The notes under the pieces were generated by a model. The model did not search any database, had not been told where the DNA came from, and worked only from the letters and a program-made list of their open reading frames with translations. Positions 42,408-52,984 of a stretch of DNA of 54,928 nucleotides are shown here, piece by piece (position 1 is the first letter of the stretch; each line of letters starts with the position of its first letter). Both the position numbers and the translations under genes were made by a program. Source of the DNA: a virus (Duplodnaviria > Caudoviricetes); IMG/VR virus record IMGVR_UViG_3300043409_000503, positions 1 to 54,928 of that record; one strand, written 5' to 3'.

Positions 42408-44638
42408 CACAAAAAGTCTTTGCGCTTGATACTGTTGCCGGCATTCAGCGGGACGGTACGTTATTTGATAAGGCCTACTATACCGACGGCAAGTGGGTTA
42501 GGTTCCAACGTAAGCGCCCTCGTAAGATGGGCGGGTATCGGGTTATCTCTAACCAGCTAACGGGACCGTCTAGGGGTATTTGGGTTAACCCAAGGAACGG
42601 CCTTACCTATATTTTTAGTGGATACAGTGACGGCCTGCAGACGCTAACAATTGACAGCAACGGTGTCGGCTCTGGCATTCAAGATTTTACGTTGAATAAC
42701 TTTACGCCATCAAATCTTAACCTTTGGCAATTTGACGGGTTCTATGATGTGTCAGGTTCTGGGCTATCAACAATTGTGGCTCATCCAGGTCAAAACTTGG
42801 CTGTAATTGATAACACTACGAACACGCCTGTTTTGATTGGCGATGTTATGGGCACGACCTTGTCCCAAATCGGAATTTTTACAGACAGCGTGACAACAAC
42901 AAATGGCCTGCCTACGGTTACCTTGGCAGCCATTAATACCTTAATTGGTGCCGGGCAGTCTGTGACAGGTGCTGGAATTCCTAGTGGGACGACGGTCTTG
43001 TCTGTTGTTAGCACGACGGTTACCTTGTCTGCTAACGCTACGGCAAGTGCGACGGTGACGGCTACCTTTAATAATAATGTCAGTGTTTCCGGTGGCGTTG
43101 TTGTCTTGCATCCTTACGTCTTTGTTTACGGTAACGACGGCGTAATTAGAAACTGCTCGGCTGGTAACGCGCAAGATTGGGTCTCGGCCGACGCTAACGA
43201 GGTCAACGTGGCCACTGGCAAGATTGTGCAGGGCTTAACGGTGCGTGGTGGCTCTAATAGCCCGTCAGGCCTGTTCTGGAGCTTAGACAGCCTTATACGC
43301 GTCTCTTATGCCCCTCAGTCGTTAGGCGTCGCTGGTACGCCAAACTTCTCCGCCCCGACCTTCTGGCGCTACGACATTATCTCTAGTCAAACTTCTATTA
43401 TGTCGTCGCAGTGCGTCATTGAATATGACGGCATCTATTACTGGATCGGCGTTGATCGATTCCTTCTGTACAACGGTACAGTGAAGGAAATTGAAAATAA
43501 CATGAACCAGAACTACTTTTTCGATAACCTGAACTATGACGCTAGAGAAAAAGTCTGGGTAACAAAAGTACCTCGATATGGTGAGATTTGGTGGTACTAC
43601 CCTCGTGGGGATTCCACTGAATGCAACGACGCCATTGTCTACAACGTTCGTGAACAAACCTGGTACGACGCTGGTGGAGCAATTGGAGCTCGACGCTCTG
43701 CTGGGTACTTCTCACAGGTGTTTGCTTTCCCTGTGGCCGCTGATTGGGTAACAACGGTATCGGAATCTGTTTTTGAAGCAAGTTTTGCCACTGTTAACGG
43801 CTCCCCTTACCTTAAAACGGCGACGTACTACCCAGACGCTATCGTAGGTCAGATTATTAACGGGACGGGGATTACTGTTGGCACCGAGGTGCAGACGGTC
43901 ACAACTAGCGGCATTAACGGTCTTGGGGCTATTACGGCCGGATCTGGGTATGTAAACGGTTCGTACCTAAATATTCCATTTATAACCGGCAGCGGCTTTA
44001 ACGGGACTGCTAATATTACTGTTGCCGGCAATGTTGTGACCGCTGTCGCAATCGTAAACCCTGGCGCTGTCTATGAGGTTGGTGACGTGCTTGAGGTTGA
44101 CGATGCTGACTTAGGTGGTGGCTCTGGATTCTCGATACCCATTACCTCTATTTGGACGATGGTTATCACGATGACGGCTAACGCTACGGCGACCGGTACA
44201 GAGCTGTTGACGTTTAGTACTCAGCCAGACCTGATTGAAATATTTCAGAACGAGTACGGTACTGACTATGTAAATGGCCAGAACGCGGTTGCTATTGAGA
44301 GCTACTTTGAGACCAACGACCTTGGTTGGGTTAGCGGCGGTCCTGCTGAGATGTCCCCGGCTGGAACTAACCGGTGGCTGCGCTTAGAGCGCGTTGAGCC
44401 TGACTTCATCATGACAGGTGAGATGAACCTTGTTGTAACCGGGCGTCCATTTGCACAGGGTGATGACCAGGAGTCTGCCCCGTATGTGTTTGACGCTAAC
44501 ATTGGCAAGATTGACATGAAAGAGCAGCGCCGGGAGTTACGCCTGCGGTTCATTTCAAACATTGTTGGTGGTAACTATCAATTAGGTAAGTTGCTGTTGA
44601 ATGCGGACCTTGGCGACGTTCGAGGTTTCGGATCATGA
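42404..44638 (+). CDS. Tail nozzle/stabilisation protein (P22 gp10 / T7 gp12-like)
   Basis: 744 aa; DGKWVRF, YGEIWWYYP, VYNVREQTWY; precedes ejection genes. Confidence 0.7.
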   Translation: MTQKVFALDTVAGIQRDGTLFDKAYYTDGKWVRFQRKRPRKMGGYRVISNQLTGPSRGIWVNPRNGLTYIFSGYSDGLQTLTIDSNGVGSGIQDFTLNNFTPSNLNLWQFDGFYDVSGSGLSTIVAHPGQNLAVIDNTTNTPVLIGDVMGTTLSQIGIFTDSVTTTNGLPTVTLAAINTLIGAGQSVTGAGIPSGTTVLSVVSTTVTLSANATASATVTATFNNNVSVSGGVVVLHPYVFVYGNDGVIRNCSAGNAQDWVSADANEVNVATGKIVQGLTVRGGSNSPSGLFWSLDSLIRVSYAPQSLGVAGTPNFSAPTFWRYDIISSQTSIMSSQCVIEYDGIYYWIGVDRFLLYNGTVKEIENNMNQNYFFDNLNYDAREKVWVTKVPRYGEIWWYYPRGDSTECNDAIVYNVREQTWYDAGGAIGARRSAGYFSQVFAFPVAADWVTTVSESVFEASFATVNGSPYLKTATYYPDAIVGQIINGTGITVGTEVQTVTTSGINGLGAITAGSGYVNGSYLNIPFITGSGFNGTANITVAGNVVTAVAIVNPGAVYEVGDVLEVDDADLGGGSGFSIPITSIWTMVITMTANATATGTELLTFSTQPDLIEIFQNEYGTDYVNGQNAVAIESYFETNDLGWVSGGPAEMSPAGTNRWLRLERVEPDFIMTGEMNLVVTGRPFAQGDDQESAPYVFDANIGKIDMKEQRRELRLRFISNIVGGNYQLGKLLLNADLGDVRGFGS

Positions 44639-44898
44639 TGAGCATTGGCGTCAGCCCTCCGCTTGTCTATGACCCTCGGTATCATACGTTTGATTCTTGG
44701 GCGTGCCTGATGGTCGAGCAATACGCGGCAAATCAACTTGCTATTCCTACGCCGGGCATGGACTGGACCGAGTGGGCTCGGGGGTTGAAGGCGATTGACG
44801 TGTTCACGAACGAAGGTATTCCGGGTCCCGTTGGGTTTGATAACTGGTTTGATTGGGCATCTGCATTGTTAGGCGCCATCAACCCTAGCGTGGCGTAA
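44635..44898 (+). CDS. Hypothetical protein
   Basis: ATGA overlap. Confidence 0.7.
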   Translation: MMSIGVSPPLVYDPRYHTFDSWACLMVEQYAANQLAIPTPGMDWTEWARGLKAIDVFTNEGIPGPVGFDNWFDWASALLGAINPSVA

Positions 44899-44907
44899 AG
44901 GTAAATT

Positions 44908-47900
44908 ATGGCTCTTACTTATGGCGAAAAACAGGCTCAGTTAACGAGCGAACTAGGACGCCCTCCAACTGCAAAAGAGATGAGCGCGGCAATTTCTCCA
45001 GCAAAGACGGTAGCAACTACTACCGGTGGTTTGCCTGCAGTTGAGGTTGGCGTGCAGCTTCCTAAAGATCTTATGGGCGGGGTAGGTGCTGCTACGGTAA
45101 GCGGGGTAACCGCGGCTCCTGCGGCAGGTGGCTTAACTGTGGCACCTACAACGTCTTTCGTTGGCCCTGCTGCCCCTGCTGGCTTAGATAAACCTGCGCC
45201 TACCATTGCCCCGTTAACGTACTCCCCGACGCCAATTACAGCAGCCCAGCAGCAGACTGTTACGGCCGCTGAGACTGCCGGCCCTGCTGCGCCTACTGGG
45301 TTAGGTCAGCCATCGCCAATAGTAAGCCCTATATCGATTTCTCCGACCCCAACCGGCGCCCCACTGGCTGCTGCTGATAAGTTAAGTACGCTATATGCCG
45401 ACGTTCTCGGTCGTGCAGACGCGAAATTAGCAGACCCAGAAGGTTTCCAATACTGGCTAAACACCATCGGCGCAGACAACGCGATTACGCCGGAAGAGGA
45501 AGAGATCTGGCGAAAGGCTGCTGAGCCTGAGTTAGAAAAGAAGACAATAGGTCAATACACCGGCACTGTTCCCGCTGAGGACGTTAAGAGCTACTTTGAT
45601 GCGAACCAAGAAAACCCAGGACTAGTTGCTGCATATGCAACAAGAAACAATATCCCACTAGAGCAGATGGCTGCGGCTACTGGCAAGACTGTGGACGAGT
45701 TGTCTAAGTTTTACGATACATTTTATACGCCTATTGATTACTCTAAAGTTGAGGATTACAGCAAAGACCCGACTACAGGTAAGACTCTGTTCGGCACCGG
45801 TGGGCAATTCGGTTATACGAAGGGCGTAGCAAACCTTGACGCTAACGCGGTAGATAAGTTTCTTGCTGAGCAAAGAGACAAGGCATCAATTCAGGTCATG
45901 GGCGGTACTACTACAAACCCTAATGTTATCTCTGGTGACCTTAAAGCCGCGGACAATAAGCTTGGGTGGTCACTTGACAGTTACTCAGGGAAGATTGCTC
46001 AGGGCCTTGATGCTTTAGGCGTTACCTATGACCAGCCTGGTCCGATGGGGTCAAAAGGCACTAAAGGCAATATTTGGGAGTTTGCTGAGAGGGCTGGCGT
46101 CAACAAAGACGACTTCTATAAAGAGACAACGACTCAATACGGCGCTAAGCAGAAGGTATTTGATGATGATGCCTTTAAGGCTGCCGTCAATGACAAATAC
46201 AAGGACTTCTATGCAGTTACCGGCTTAGTTGAGGGCGGTGAGCATAGCGCGTTTACTCCAGATTTAGTCTCACAGGCTAGATCTAAAGGCGCTAACCATG
46301 CCCAGGTACTTTATACAAAGGTCGGTGATAAGTTAGTTCCGATTAGTGATCCGCAGTTCTTTAAGGCTCAGCGTGAGGGGACCGGCTTTGCCGGGTTCGT
46401 TGCTGAGGTAGCCCCTTATGCGCTAATGATGTTCCCAGGCGTTGGGCAGGCAATTGGTTCAGCGGTTGGTTTAAGCGGGACTACTGCTGCGGTTGTTGGT
46501 AATGCTGCTCTGAGTGCTGGCCTTGCTGCGTTTACTGGCGGCGATGTCCTTAAATCTGCCCTTATAGGCGGTGCATTAGGCGGGCTTAGCTTTAACGCTA
46601 CGGATGTCGCAGGCAACATTATCGGCGGTGGTGATATTGGCTTAGGGTTTGACCGGATGAACGCATTAGCGTCACAGACTGGCCTAAGCTTCAATCAAAT
46701 ATCAAGCGCGGTAACTGGGGCTACTGGTAACGCTCTATCGGCTGCAGTTATTGGCGGTAAAAATGCCGCTGAGTCGTTTGTTACCTATCTGACTGCGTCG
46801 TTAGGTAGCTCTGCTGCTGGGAACACTATTGGGAATTTTGTAAAAGATATTAATCCTGGGCAGTTTGACAAGGCGGCTAAGTACGCAAGCAATGCTGCCT
46901 CTGCTGCTACCTCTGCCGCTATATCTGGTGGGGACATTTCTGCTGCTGCCGGTAGCGCATTAGTTTCTACTGCAGGCAGTGACATTAAAAAAAGCATCAC
47001 TAAGGGTGGCATTAAGACTGCAGAGGCTGATATAGGGCAGACAGATGAAGAGCTTGCGGCAATTATTGAGAGTGGTGAGAAAAGCAAAGATTATGGCAAA
47101 CAGGTAGGGCAACAATTAGCCGCATATACACCAGCGGGTAAAGAAGGGTACGAATTTATTCCGGCTACGGCAGAAGAAACAGATGTTGCTGGAACCCTTG
47201 CCCCCGTAGAAGTTATCGACAAACGAACTGCTGCAACTCTTGAAGAAACAAAAAAAGATATTTTAGGTACGATAACCGGCGACCAAAACATAGAGCCTTC
47301 AAAGGACACTGGTACTCCTATTAAAACCGAAACAAAAACAGAAGATACTGCTGGTGGGTTTGACGTAAACAAAGATATTGCAAACGCTGTTCTCGCAACA
47401 AATACTAAGGCCTCCGCTGATACTGCCGCGGCTAAGGCTACCGCTGACGCTAAAGTTGCCGCCGATGCTAAGGCTGCTGCAGACGCTAAGGCCGCTAGTG
47501 ACGCCTCTAACGCTAAGGCTGCTGCTGATGCCAAGGCTGCTGCAACGGCTAAGGCTGACGCCGATAACAAGGCTGCTAAGGCTACTGCTGACGCTAAAGA
47601 TGCTGCTGTCGCTAAGTCTGTTGCTGACGCGAAGCTTGTTAAAGCTTCCGAGCTAAAGGTTGAAGGTAAAGAAACAACTACAGGTCCGCTAAAAAAAGAG
47701 GAGACGCTTCCCCCGGTTGAAGTTATCGGGAAAAAGGAAGAGGGCACTCTGCCCCCAGTTGAAGTTATTGGGGAAAAAGAAGATGGCCCGCTTCTGCCGG
47801 GTCAAGTTATTACAGAGAAAGAGGAAGAAACGCTTCCTCCTGTTGAAGTTATTGGGAAAAAAGAAGAAGAAACTTTGCCCCCGGTTGAGGTTATAGGAAA

Positions 47901-48738
47901 AAAGGAAGAAGAGACGCTTCCTCCGGTTGAGGTAATTGGAGAAAAAGAACCTGAGCCTAAACCTGAACCTGAGCCTAAGCCGGAGGAAAAAGAAAAACCT
48001 GCAGTGGAAATTGAGCCTGTCGTCGTGCCAAAGGGGATATCTTTCTCCGACTTACTGAAGGGCGCCGGTGCTGCTGCTACTGCCGAAAATTATTACGCTA
48101 AATTTGGTAAGCGGTTTACTTCTGGCGACGCAGTACAAAAGCCGTTTGAGGGAGCTTTAGCTGATTTCTTTAAAGAGATGGAATTAGGTTCTTACGCCGA
48201 GTCAAAATTTGGCGAAGAGCCACAAGCAAACACAACTGGAGAACAACCCATGTCACAACAAGATGCCTACTTTAGTTATGGTAAGCCAACGGGGATTGAT
48301 GACATCCTCCGTGCCCAGACCACAGATGAATATCAGCGGTTTAATACAAACACGATGAAGGCAAAGGAGGGCGGGTTAGCTACGCCGCTGTTTGCTGCCG
48401 GCGGCACTACTCGGTACGGCTATAACTCTGGCGGCGCACTGCCTACGGTAGCGCATAGTGGCAAGGAGAGAGTAGACTTCCGTCAGGGAGACGCTGTTAC
48501 GGGACCTGGGGATGGGCAGTCGGATGACATCCCGGCGATGTTAGCTGACGGTGAGTTTGTGATCCCTGCCGACGTGGTCTCTGCCTTAGGTAACGGGTCT
48601 ACAAAGGCCGGCTCTGACAAGCTGTATGACATGATGCACAATATTCGACGTACACATAGGGCTGGGGATCATAAAGACCTGCCTACTCCGGCAAAGAAGT
48701 CCCCGCTGGATTACATTAAGACAAAGTCTAGGAGATAA
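44908..48738 (+). CDS. Large internal virion/ejection protein
   Basis: DUF4214-like motif, Gly/Ala hydrophobic hairpins, AKAAAD and TLPPVEVIG repeats, C-terminal GPGDGQSDDIPAMLADGEFV domain. Confidence 0.75.
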   Translation: MALTYGEKQAQLTSELGRPPTAKEMSAAISPAKTVATTTGGLPAVEVGVQLPKDLMGGVGAATVSGVTAAPAAGGLTVAPTTSFVGPAAPAGLDKPAPTIAPLTYSPTPITAAQQQTVTAAETAGPAAPTGLGQPSPIVSPISISPTPTGAPLAAADKLSTLYADVLGRADAKLADPEGFQYWLNTIGADNAITPEEEEIWRKAAEPELEKKTIGQYTGTVPAEDVKSYFDANQENPGLVAAYATRNNIPLEQMAAATGKTVDELSKFYDTFYTPIDYSKVEDYSKDPTTGKTLFGTGGQFGYTKGVANLDANAVDKFLAEQRDKASIQVMGGTTTNPNVISGDLKAADNKLGWSLDSYSGKIAQGLDALGVTYDQPGPMGSKGTKGNIWEFAERAGVNKDDFYKETTTQYGAKQKVFDDDAFKAAVNDKYKDFYAVTGLVEGGEHSAFTPDLVSQARSKGANHAQVLYTKVGDKLVPISDPQFFKAQREGTGFAGFVAEVAPYALMMFPGVGQAIGSAVGLSGTTAAVVGNAALSAGLAAFTGGDVLKSALIGGALGGLSFNATDVAGNIIGGGDIGLGFDRMNALASQTGLSFNQISSAVTGATGNALSAAVIGGKNAAESFVTYLTASLGSSAAGNTIGNFVKDINPGQFDKAAKYASNAASAATSAAISGGDISAAAGSALVSTAGSDIKKSITKGGIKTAEADIGQTDEELAAIIESGEKSKDYGKQVGQQLAAYTPAGKEGYEFIPATAEETDVAGTLAPVEVIDKRTAATLEETKKDILGTITGDQNIEPSKDTGTPIKTETKTEDTAGGFDVNKDIANAVLATNTKASADTAAAKATADAKVAADAKAAADAKAASDASNAKAAADAKAAATAKADADNKAAKATADAKDAAVAKSVADAKLVKASELKVEGKETTTGPLKKEETLPPVEVIGKKEEGTLPPVEVIGEKEDGPLLPGQVITEKEEETLPPVEVIGKKEEETLPPVEVIGKKEEETLPPVEVIGEKEPEPKPEPEPKPEEKEKPAVEIEPVVVPKGISFSDLLKGAGAAATAENYYAKFGKRFTSGDAVQKPFEGALADFFKEMELGSYAESKFGEEPQANTTGEQPMSQQDAYFSYGKPTGIDDILRAQTTDEYQRFNTNTMKAKEGGLATPLFAAGGTTRYGYNSGGALPTVAHSGKERVDFRQGDAVTGPGDGQSDDIPAMLADGEFVIPADVVSALGNGSTKAGSDKLYDMMHNIRRTHRAGDHKDLPTPAKKSPLDYIKTKSRR
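47698..47946 (+). repeat. Tandem ~42-bp coding repeats (EETLPPVEVIGKK)
   Basis: Five exact LPPVEVIG copies plus one degenerate copy; synonymous codon divergence. Confidence 0.9.
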
Positions 48739-48740
48739 AT

Positions 48741-49703
48741 ATGGGTTTTTTACAAGGAGCACCGTTACCGGACGTAACAGTCACTACTGGCAAGACGCAA
48801 GCCGCCCCTGAGTACTACACAGATTATCTAACCGACCTGTCTAAGGTTGGTACAGACGCGTTAAAGACGACCGCCGAAACGGGCGTTGCCGCTTACGACC
48901 CGATGCAGACCTTAGGCTACGGGAAGGTTGAGGATGCGGCTAAAGCTTACCTGCCTGGCATAACATCAGCCCAAACAACTGCCGGTAATCTAACTGCCGG
49001 GTTAGATCTAAACCGGATCTCTCAGTTCATGAACCCGTACCAGACGAACGTTGTTGACGAGATGGAGCGTCTCGCGCAGCAGAACATCCAGCGCAACGTA
49101 TTGCCATCCTTAAAGGGTGCCTTTGTGGGTTCCGGTGGGCTTGGTGGCCAGCGCTATGCTGGCGCCCTTGGGCAGAGCATGGCTGATATCCAGGCTAACT
49201 TAACTGGGCAGCAGACTGGCGCCTTACAGAAGGGCTATAGCGAGTCTTTAGTTGCCGCGCTACAGGAGGCTGGGTTGATGCGCCAGGCGGCTGACCTGCA
49301 GGCAGAGCTGGCTGGTAAAGCGCAGAACCTTGGTTTAACTGAGGCTGGTGCCTTAACGAAGGCCGGTGCTGAGCAGCAGGCTTATGAGCAGGCTCAACTT
49401 GACTTCCCGACGAAACGTGCGGCTGACATTGCTGCGCTGATGCGTGGCTATAACATCCCGATTAGCGAGACAGAGAAGCGCGTAGGGCCACTAGCGGGCT
49501 CTTATACTACCTCCGGCATGCAGGACATAACGACCTTGGCCTCACTGCTTGGTAGTGGTGCCCTTGGTAAGGCTGGCAGTAATATTGGTGATGTGATTGG
49601 CGGTTTAGGTGGATTCCTTAAAGGTCTTGGTTCTGGTAGCGGTACCACTGTTGAAGATTATGGTATTACGCAGCAGGACTGGGAAGATTATTACAACGGA
49701 TAA
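48741..49703 (+). CDS. DNA ejection/pilot protein
   Basis: QFMNPYQTNVV...GGLGGQR; Gln/Ala/Gly-rich. Confidence 0.7.
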   Translation: MGFLQGAPLPDVTVTTGKTQAAPEYYTDYLTDLSKVGTDALKTTAETGVAAYDPMQTLGYGKVEDAAKAYLPGITSAQTTAGNLTAGLDLNRISQFMNPYQTNVVDEMERLAQQNIQRNVLPSLKGAFVGSGGLGGQRYAGALGQSMADIQANLTGQQTGALQKGYSESLVAALQEAGLMRQAADLQAELAGKAQNLGLTEAGALTKAGAEQQAYEQAQLDFPTKRAADIAALMRGYNIPISETEKRVGPLAGSYTTSGMQDITTLASLLGSGALGKAGSNIGDVIGGLGGFLKGLGSGSGTTVEDYGITQQDWEDYYNG

Positions 49704-49712
49704 GGAATTATT

Positions 49713-51434
49713 GTGGCTGATAAACAATCAACGACCTATATTCCTGGCGGTGGTCCAGAGGCAGTATCGGCAAATCAGGCCTATGAGGATGCTTTGCAGC
49801 AGATGCTTGCGTCCCTTGACGCCCGTAAGAATAGGCTATTTGAGCCGACCCTCTTAGCGATTGCTGCTGGTAGCGCTAAGCCTACCCAAACAGGTGGTTG
49901 GGGCGAGTCTTTAGGTAACGTTGCCAAGTCCCTGCAGGAGAGCGAAGCGCAGCAGATGACAGAGGCCCAGAAGTACGCCGAGGCTAAGCTTGGCCTAGCA
50001 GGGCGTGGGTTAGAGCTTGAGCGCCAGAAAAGCCGTGAGAGGCAGTTCCAGTCAATAATTGGTGGGCCTCCTACAAAACCTCCCGGAGCGCTTCCTGGAG
50101 CCGTTAAAGCAGCCCCTGGGGCATTGCCTGACAGTACTGTCTTGCCAGGACGTGGGGACGTACAAGTTGGCAGCGTAGAAGGTTTGCCAACTGCGGCAGA
50201 TATGTTGGCTAGATCGCCTGGTCAAAGACCTCCTGAGCCACCGCAACCGGTTGCGCAACCCGTTGCGGTTGAAGTGCCACCTGGATTTGAGGCTGCGCAA
50301 GGCATTCAAGTTTCTAAGCCGTCTCCTGGCTTTATGGACCGCACTCAATACTTAGCGTTAGCAAGTATGGATCCTAATATTAGCCCTGCTGAGGCAATTA
50401 AAAATGCTCAGGAGATGGACGCTAAGCGGTACCAGACAAAAGAAAGTGGCGTCATTGATCTAGCGACTGGCATGTTCTATCCGTTCCCGAAAGGTGAGCA
50501 GGTTGATCGCCAAATCTTCGGCGAGGGTGGCGGCAATACTTACAAGGTGGATGCTCGTACTGCGGCGTTGCTTGACTTGTACGCGTCAACGAATGACCCG
50601 CGGTACTTTAAGGTGGCTGAGCGTGTCTTAAAAGGCCCAGAGCGTAAGGGGGAAGCTAAAGGCGAAGGTGAGCCGACTCAGGTGCTGTCTACGGAGCAAA
50701 GAGCGGCTCAGCAGAAGGCACAAGAAGTTTTCCAAACAAAGAGAGCAGAGTCTGCTGCGGCAAAAGAAGAGGATTTACAGAAGAAATCTAACACGGCATC
50801 GCGCATGTATTCAAGCGCATCCGATGTGCAGAAAAGACTAGCTGAGAGCGAATCCTTCTTTGGTTTATTTTCACGCCCAGGCCTGATGTCTTCTATTGGC
50901 AATCTAGTTAACGAGGCGATTGATGCTGGCAATACTAAAGTTAAATTAGGCGGCTTTGAGAAGAGTATTACCCAGCTCATGCCAGGCCTAGCGCAGACTG
51001 ACCTTGATAACGTCATGGCCGCTGCTGGCTCTTTAGCTGAGATTGAGCTTTTGTATACGCAGGAGCTGATGAACAAGCAAGGCCAAATTACGGAAGGTGA
51101 ACGAGCTATTGTTCGCCGTATTCCAGGCACAACAAGCTCAAGCCCAGCAGTGCTAAGAGACAAGATGGACTTGCTGAAGATGCACGCTCAACGAGACATT
51201 GATCTTGCTGATGCATACAAGCAGTTTAAGAAAGACAATAAAGGCAAGGCCGTTAACTACAACGACTTTGAAGATTCAAAAGAATACGAAAATATGAAGT
51301 TGGATTACGAAAAAGCTCTAGCTAAGCGGTTTAAGTTTGAGGAAGCAATTCCAACGCGCAAGAGGGAAGGCGCGGTACCTGGAGCCCCAAAGACTAGAGA
51401 CAATACCGGCGCTAAAACACGCCTTGACTATTAA
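49713..51434 (+). CDS. Internal virion/ejection protein
   Basis: GTG start with TAAGGA RBS; helical; GQITEGER. Confidence 0.7.
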   Translation: MADKQSTTYIPGGGPEAVSANQAYEDALQQMLASLDARKNRLFEPTLLAIAAGSAKPTQTGGWGESLGNVAKSLQESEAQQMTEAQKYAEAKLGLAGRGLELERQKSRERQFQSIIGGPPTKPPGALPGAVKAAPGALPDSTVLPGRGDVQVGSVEGLPTAADMLARSPGQRPPEPPQPVAQPVAVEVPPGFEAAQGIQVSKPSPGFMDRTQYLALASMDPNISPAEAIKNAQEMDAKRYQTKESGVIDLATGMFYPFPKGEQVDRQIFGEGGGNTYKVDARTAALLDLYASTNDPRYFKVAERVLKGPERKGEAKGEGEPTQVLSTEQRAAQQKAQEVFQTKRAESAAAKEEDLQKKSNTASRMYSSASDVQKRLAESESFFGLFSRPGLMSSIGNLVNEAIDAGNTKVKLGGFEKSITQLMPGLAQTDLDNVMAAAGSLAEIELLYTQELMNKQGQITEGERAIVRRIPGTTSSSPAVLRDKMDLLKMHAQRDIDLADAYKQFKKDNKGKAVNYNDFEDSKEYENMKLDYEKALAKRFKFEEAIPTRKREGAVPGAPKTRDNTGAKTRLDY

Positions 51435-51447
51435 ATGAGGAAGAATA

Positions 51448-52932
51448 ATGGCTGACCTCAAGTTCTCAAAGCCGCTGACAGAAGCGCAGCGTAAGTACGC
51501 TGAGATGATCATCAACGAAGCAAACAAGCAGGGCGTCCCACCTGAGCTTGCCCTTGGTATTGCCTTTAACGAGAGCGGGATTAACCCAAATGCCCCAGAC
51601 GGCTCGGCTGGTGAGATTGGCATCATGCAGGTTAAGCCAGGCACCGGTGTAGAGGTTGGGTTTAAGGCGCAAGACCTGCGGGATCCGGCTAAGAACATTC
51701 AAGCCGGCATCGCGTACCTGAAAAAGTCTTATGACCTATCAGACAAGGACCCTGAGCTTGCCGCGGCTGGTTACAACGCTGGTATTAATCACGCGTTCTT
51801 TACCGAAAAGGGCAAAGACCTCCCATCTGGCACGAAGGATTATCTGCGCAGGCTACGTGACTCCGGTGTCTTTGAGGCGATTAAGGCCCCAGCAGAAGCT
51901 CCCCCAGAAGCCCCACCGGCAGAAGCCGCTGCGGAGGCGCCTGCTGCGGCACAAGCTGCCCCGGCAGTAGCTGCTCCACCAGATGACATCAATGCTCGGA
52001 TGGCAGCAGCCCAAGCTGAGCAAGAGGAGCGCATGGGCCAGATCGCTGGCGGTATGGCAGGTCTAGGGTTAACAACAGCAAGGGTTGGCGCTAAGGGGGT
52101 ATCGTCTGCCGCGAGTTCTGCTGCGAATATTCTCGGTGAGGGCTTTGCGCGAGGGTTAGCTCGTAACGCTCCTCCCGCGGTTCTCCCTGGGGCACCGCCC
52201 TCTGCCCCGCCTGGTGCCCCGATTGCCCCGGCTGGTGCACGCCCTGGTGGCCTTCCGGCTGTCCAAGCGGGTGGGTCTGCAACATTTAACTATGGCAAGG
52301 CGTTTGGCTTACCTGATATTGAGGCTGCCCGTGCCTTGGACATGACGAAGCAAGCCGGCGGCGCTAATGAGCTGATCGCTAAACGTAGAGAGGCTATGCA
52401 GAAGGTACAGCAGATGTTCCCAGGCGAGTTCGTAGAGAACCCACGCTTTGGTGGTCTGATGACCCCAGACCCGTCTGTTGGCGCCGGTCCACGGGCACCG
52501 TATGCTGCAAACGTATTGGCTGGAGAGCAGCGCCCCCCTAACGTCATAGGACGTGCTAAACCGCCGCCTATCCCAATGACATCTAAGCCTGGGCTGGATG
52601 GTGTAGTGGACGACTTTAGGCGAATGGTTGGACCAGGCTCACCGGTTGGCAAGATCGTCGGTGGCGTGATGAAGTATGTTGCCCCGCCGTTAGCCTTAGC
52701 GCAGGCCGGTGGTGAGTTTGCTAATCTGTACGGCGAGTTCCAAAAGCCGAAGCCTGATGTCGGCGTAATGGCCCGTCGTGGCATTGGTGGCGTAGGCTCG
52801 GTCCTATCTGCGTTCCCAGGAACAGCCCCGATAGGCATCCCGATGGCAGTAGCGCCAGGGGCCTACGAGGCTTACCTTAGGAACAGGAAGAGCATGCCAG
52901 GCGTTGAGGCCTTAGAAGTGCCGATCCTTTAA
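51448..52932 (+). CDS. Ejection protein with N-terminal lytic transglycosylase (SLT) domain
   Basis: NESGINPNA...GIMQV...NIQAGIAYL...GYNAG. Confidence 0.85.
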   Translation: MADLKFSKPLTEAQRKYAEMIINEANKQGVPPELALGIAFNESGINPNAPDGSAGEIGIMQVKPGTGVEVGFKAQDLRDPAKNIQAGIAYLKKSYDLSDKDPELAAAGYNAGINHAFFTEKGKDLPSGTKDYLRRLRDSGVFEAIKAPAEAPPEAPPAEAAAEAPAAAQAAPAVAAPPDDINARMAAAQAEQEERMGQIAGGMAGLGLTTARVGAKGVSSAASSAANILGEGFARGLARNAPPAVLPGAPPSAPPGAPIAPAGARPGGLPAVQAGGSATFNYGKAFGLPDIEAARALDMTKQAGGANELIAKRREAMQKVQQMFPGEFVENPRFGGLMTPDPSVGAGPRAPYAANVLAGEQRPPNVIGRAKPPPIPMTSKPGLDGVVDDFRRMVGPGSPVGKIVGGVMKYVAPPLALAQAGGEFANLYGEFQKPKPDVGVMARRGIGGVGSVLSAFPGTAPIGIPMAVAPGAYEAYLRNRKSMPGVEALEVPIL

Positions 52933-52953
52933 ACTGTTTTTGCTGTGGCTCTT

Positions 52954-52984
52954 CCCCCCAGACTCTCCGCTGGGGGGTTTTTTT
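52954..52984 (+). terminator. Rho-independent terminator at convergence of late and early operons
   Basis: CCCCCCAG-8 nt-CTGGGGGG followed by T7. Confidence 0.85.

Noticed and set aside
44908-48738. Tape measure protein of a long-tailed phage
   Set aside because: No tail tube, sheath or tail chaperone genes were recognised; the context is podovirus-like ejection proteins.
11063-52838. Numerous minus-strand ORFs (e.g. 11063-11689, 20317-21159, 26586-27149, 47091-47747, 52290-52838)
   Set aside because: Antisense shadows of well-supported plus-strand genes, with no recognisable motifs.
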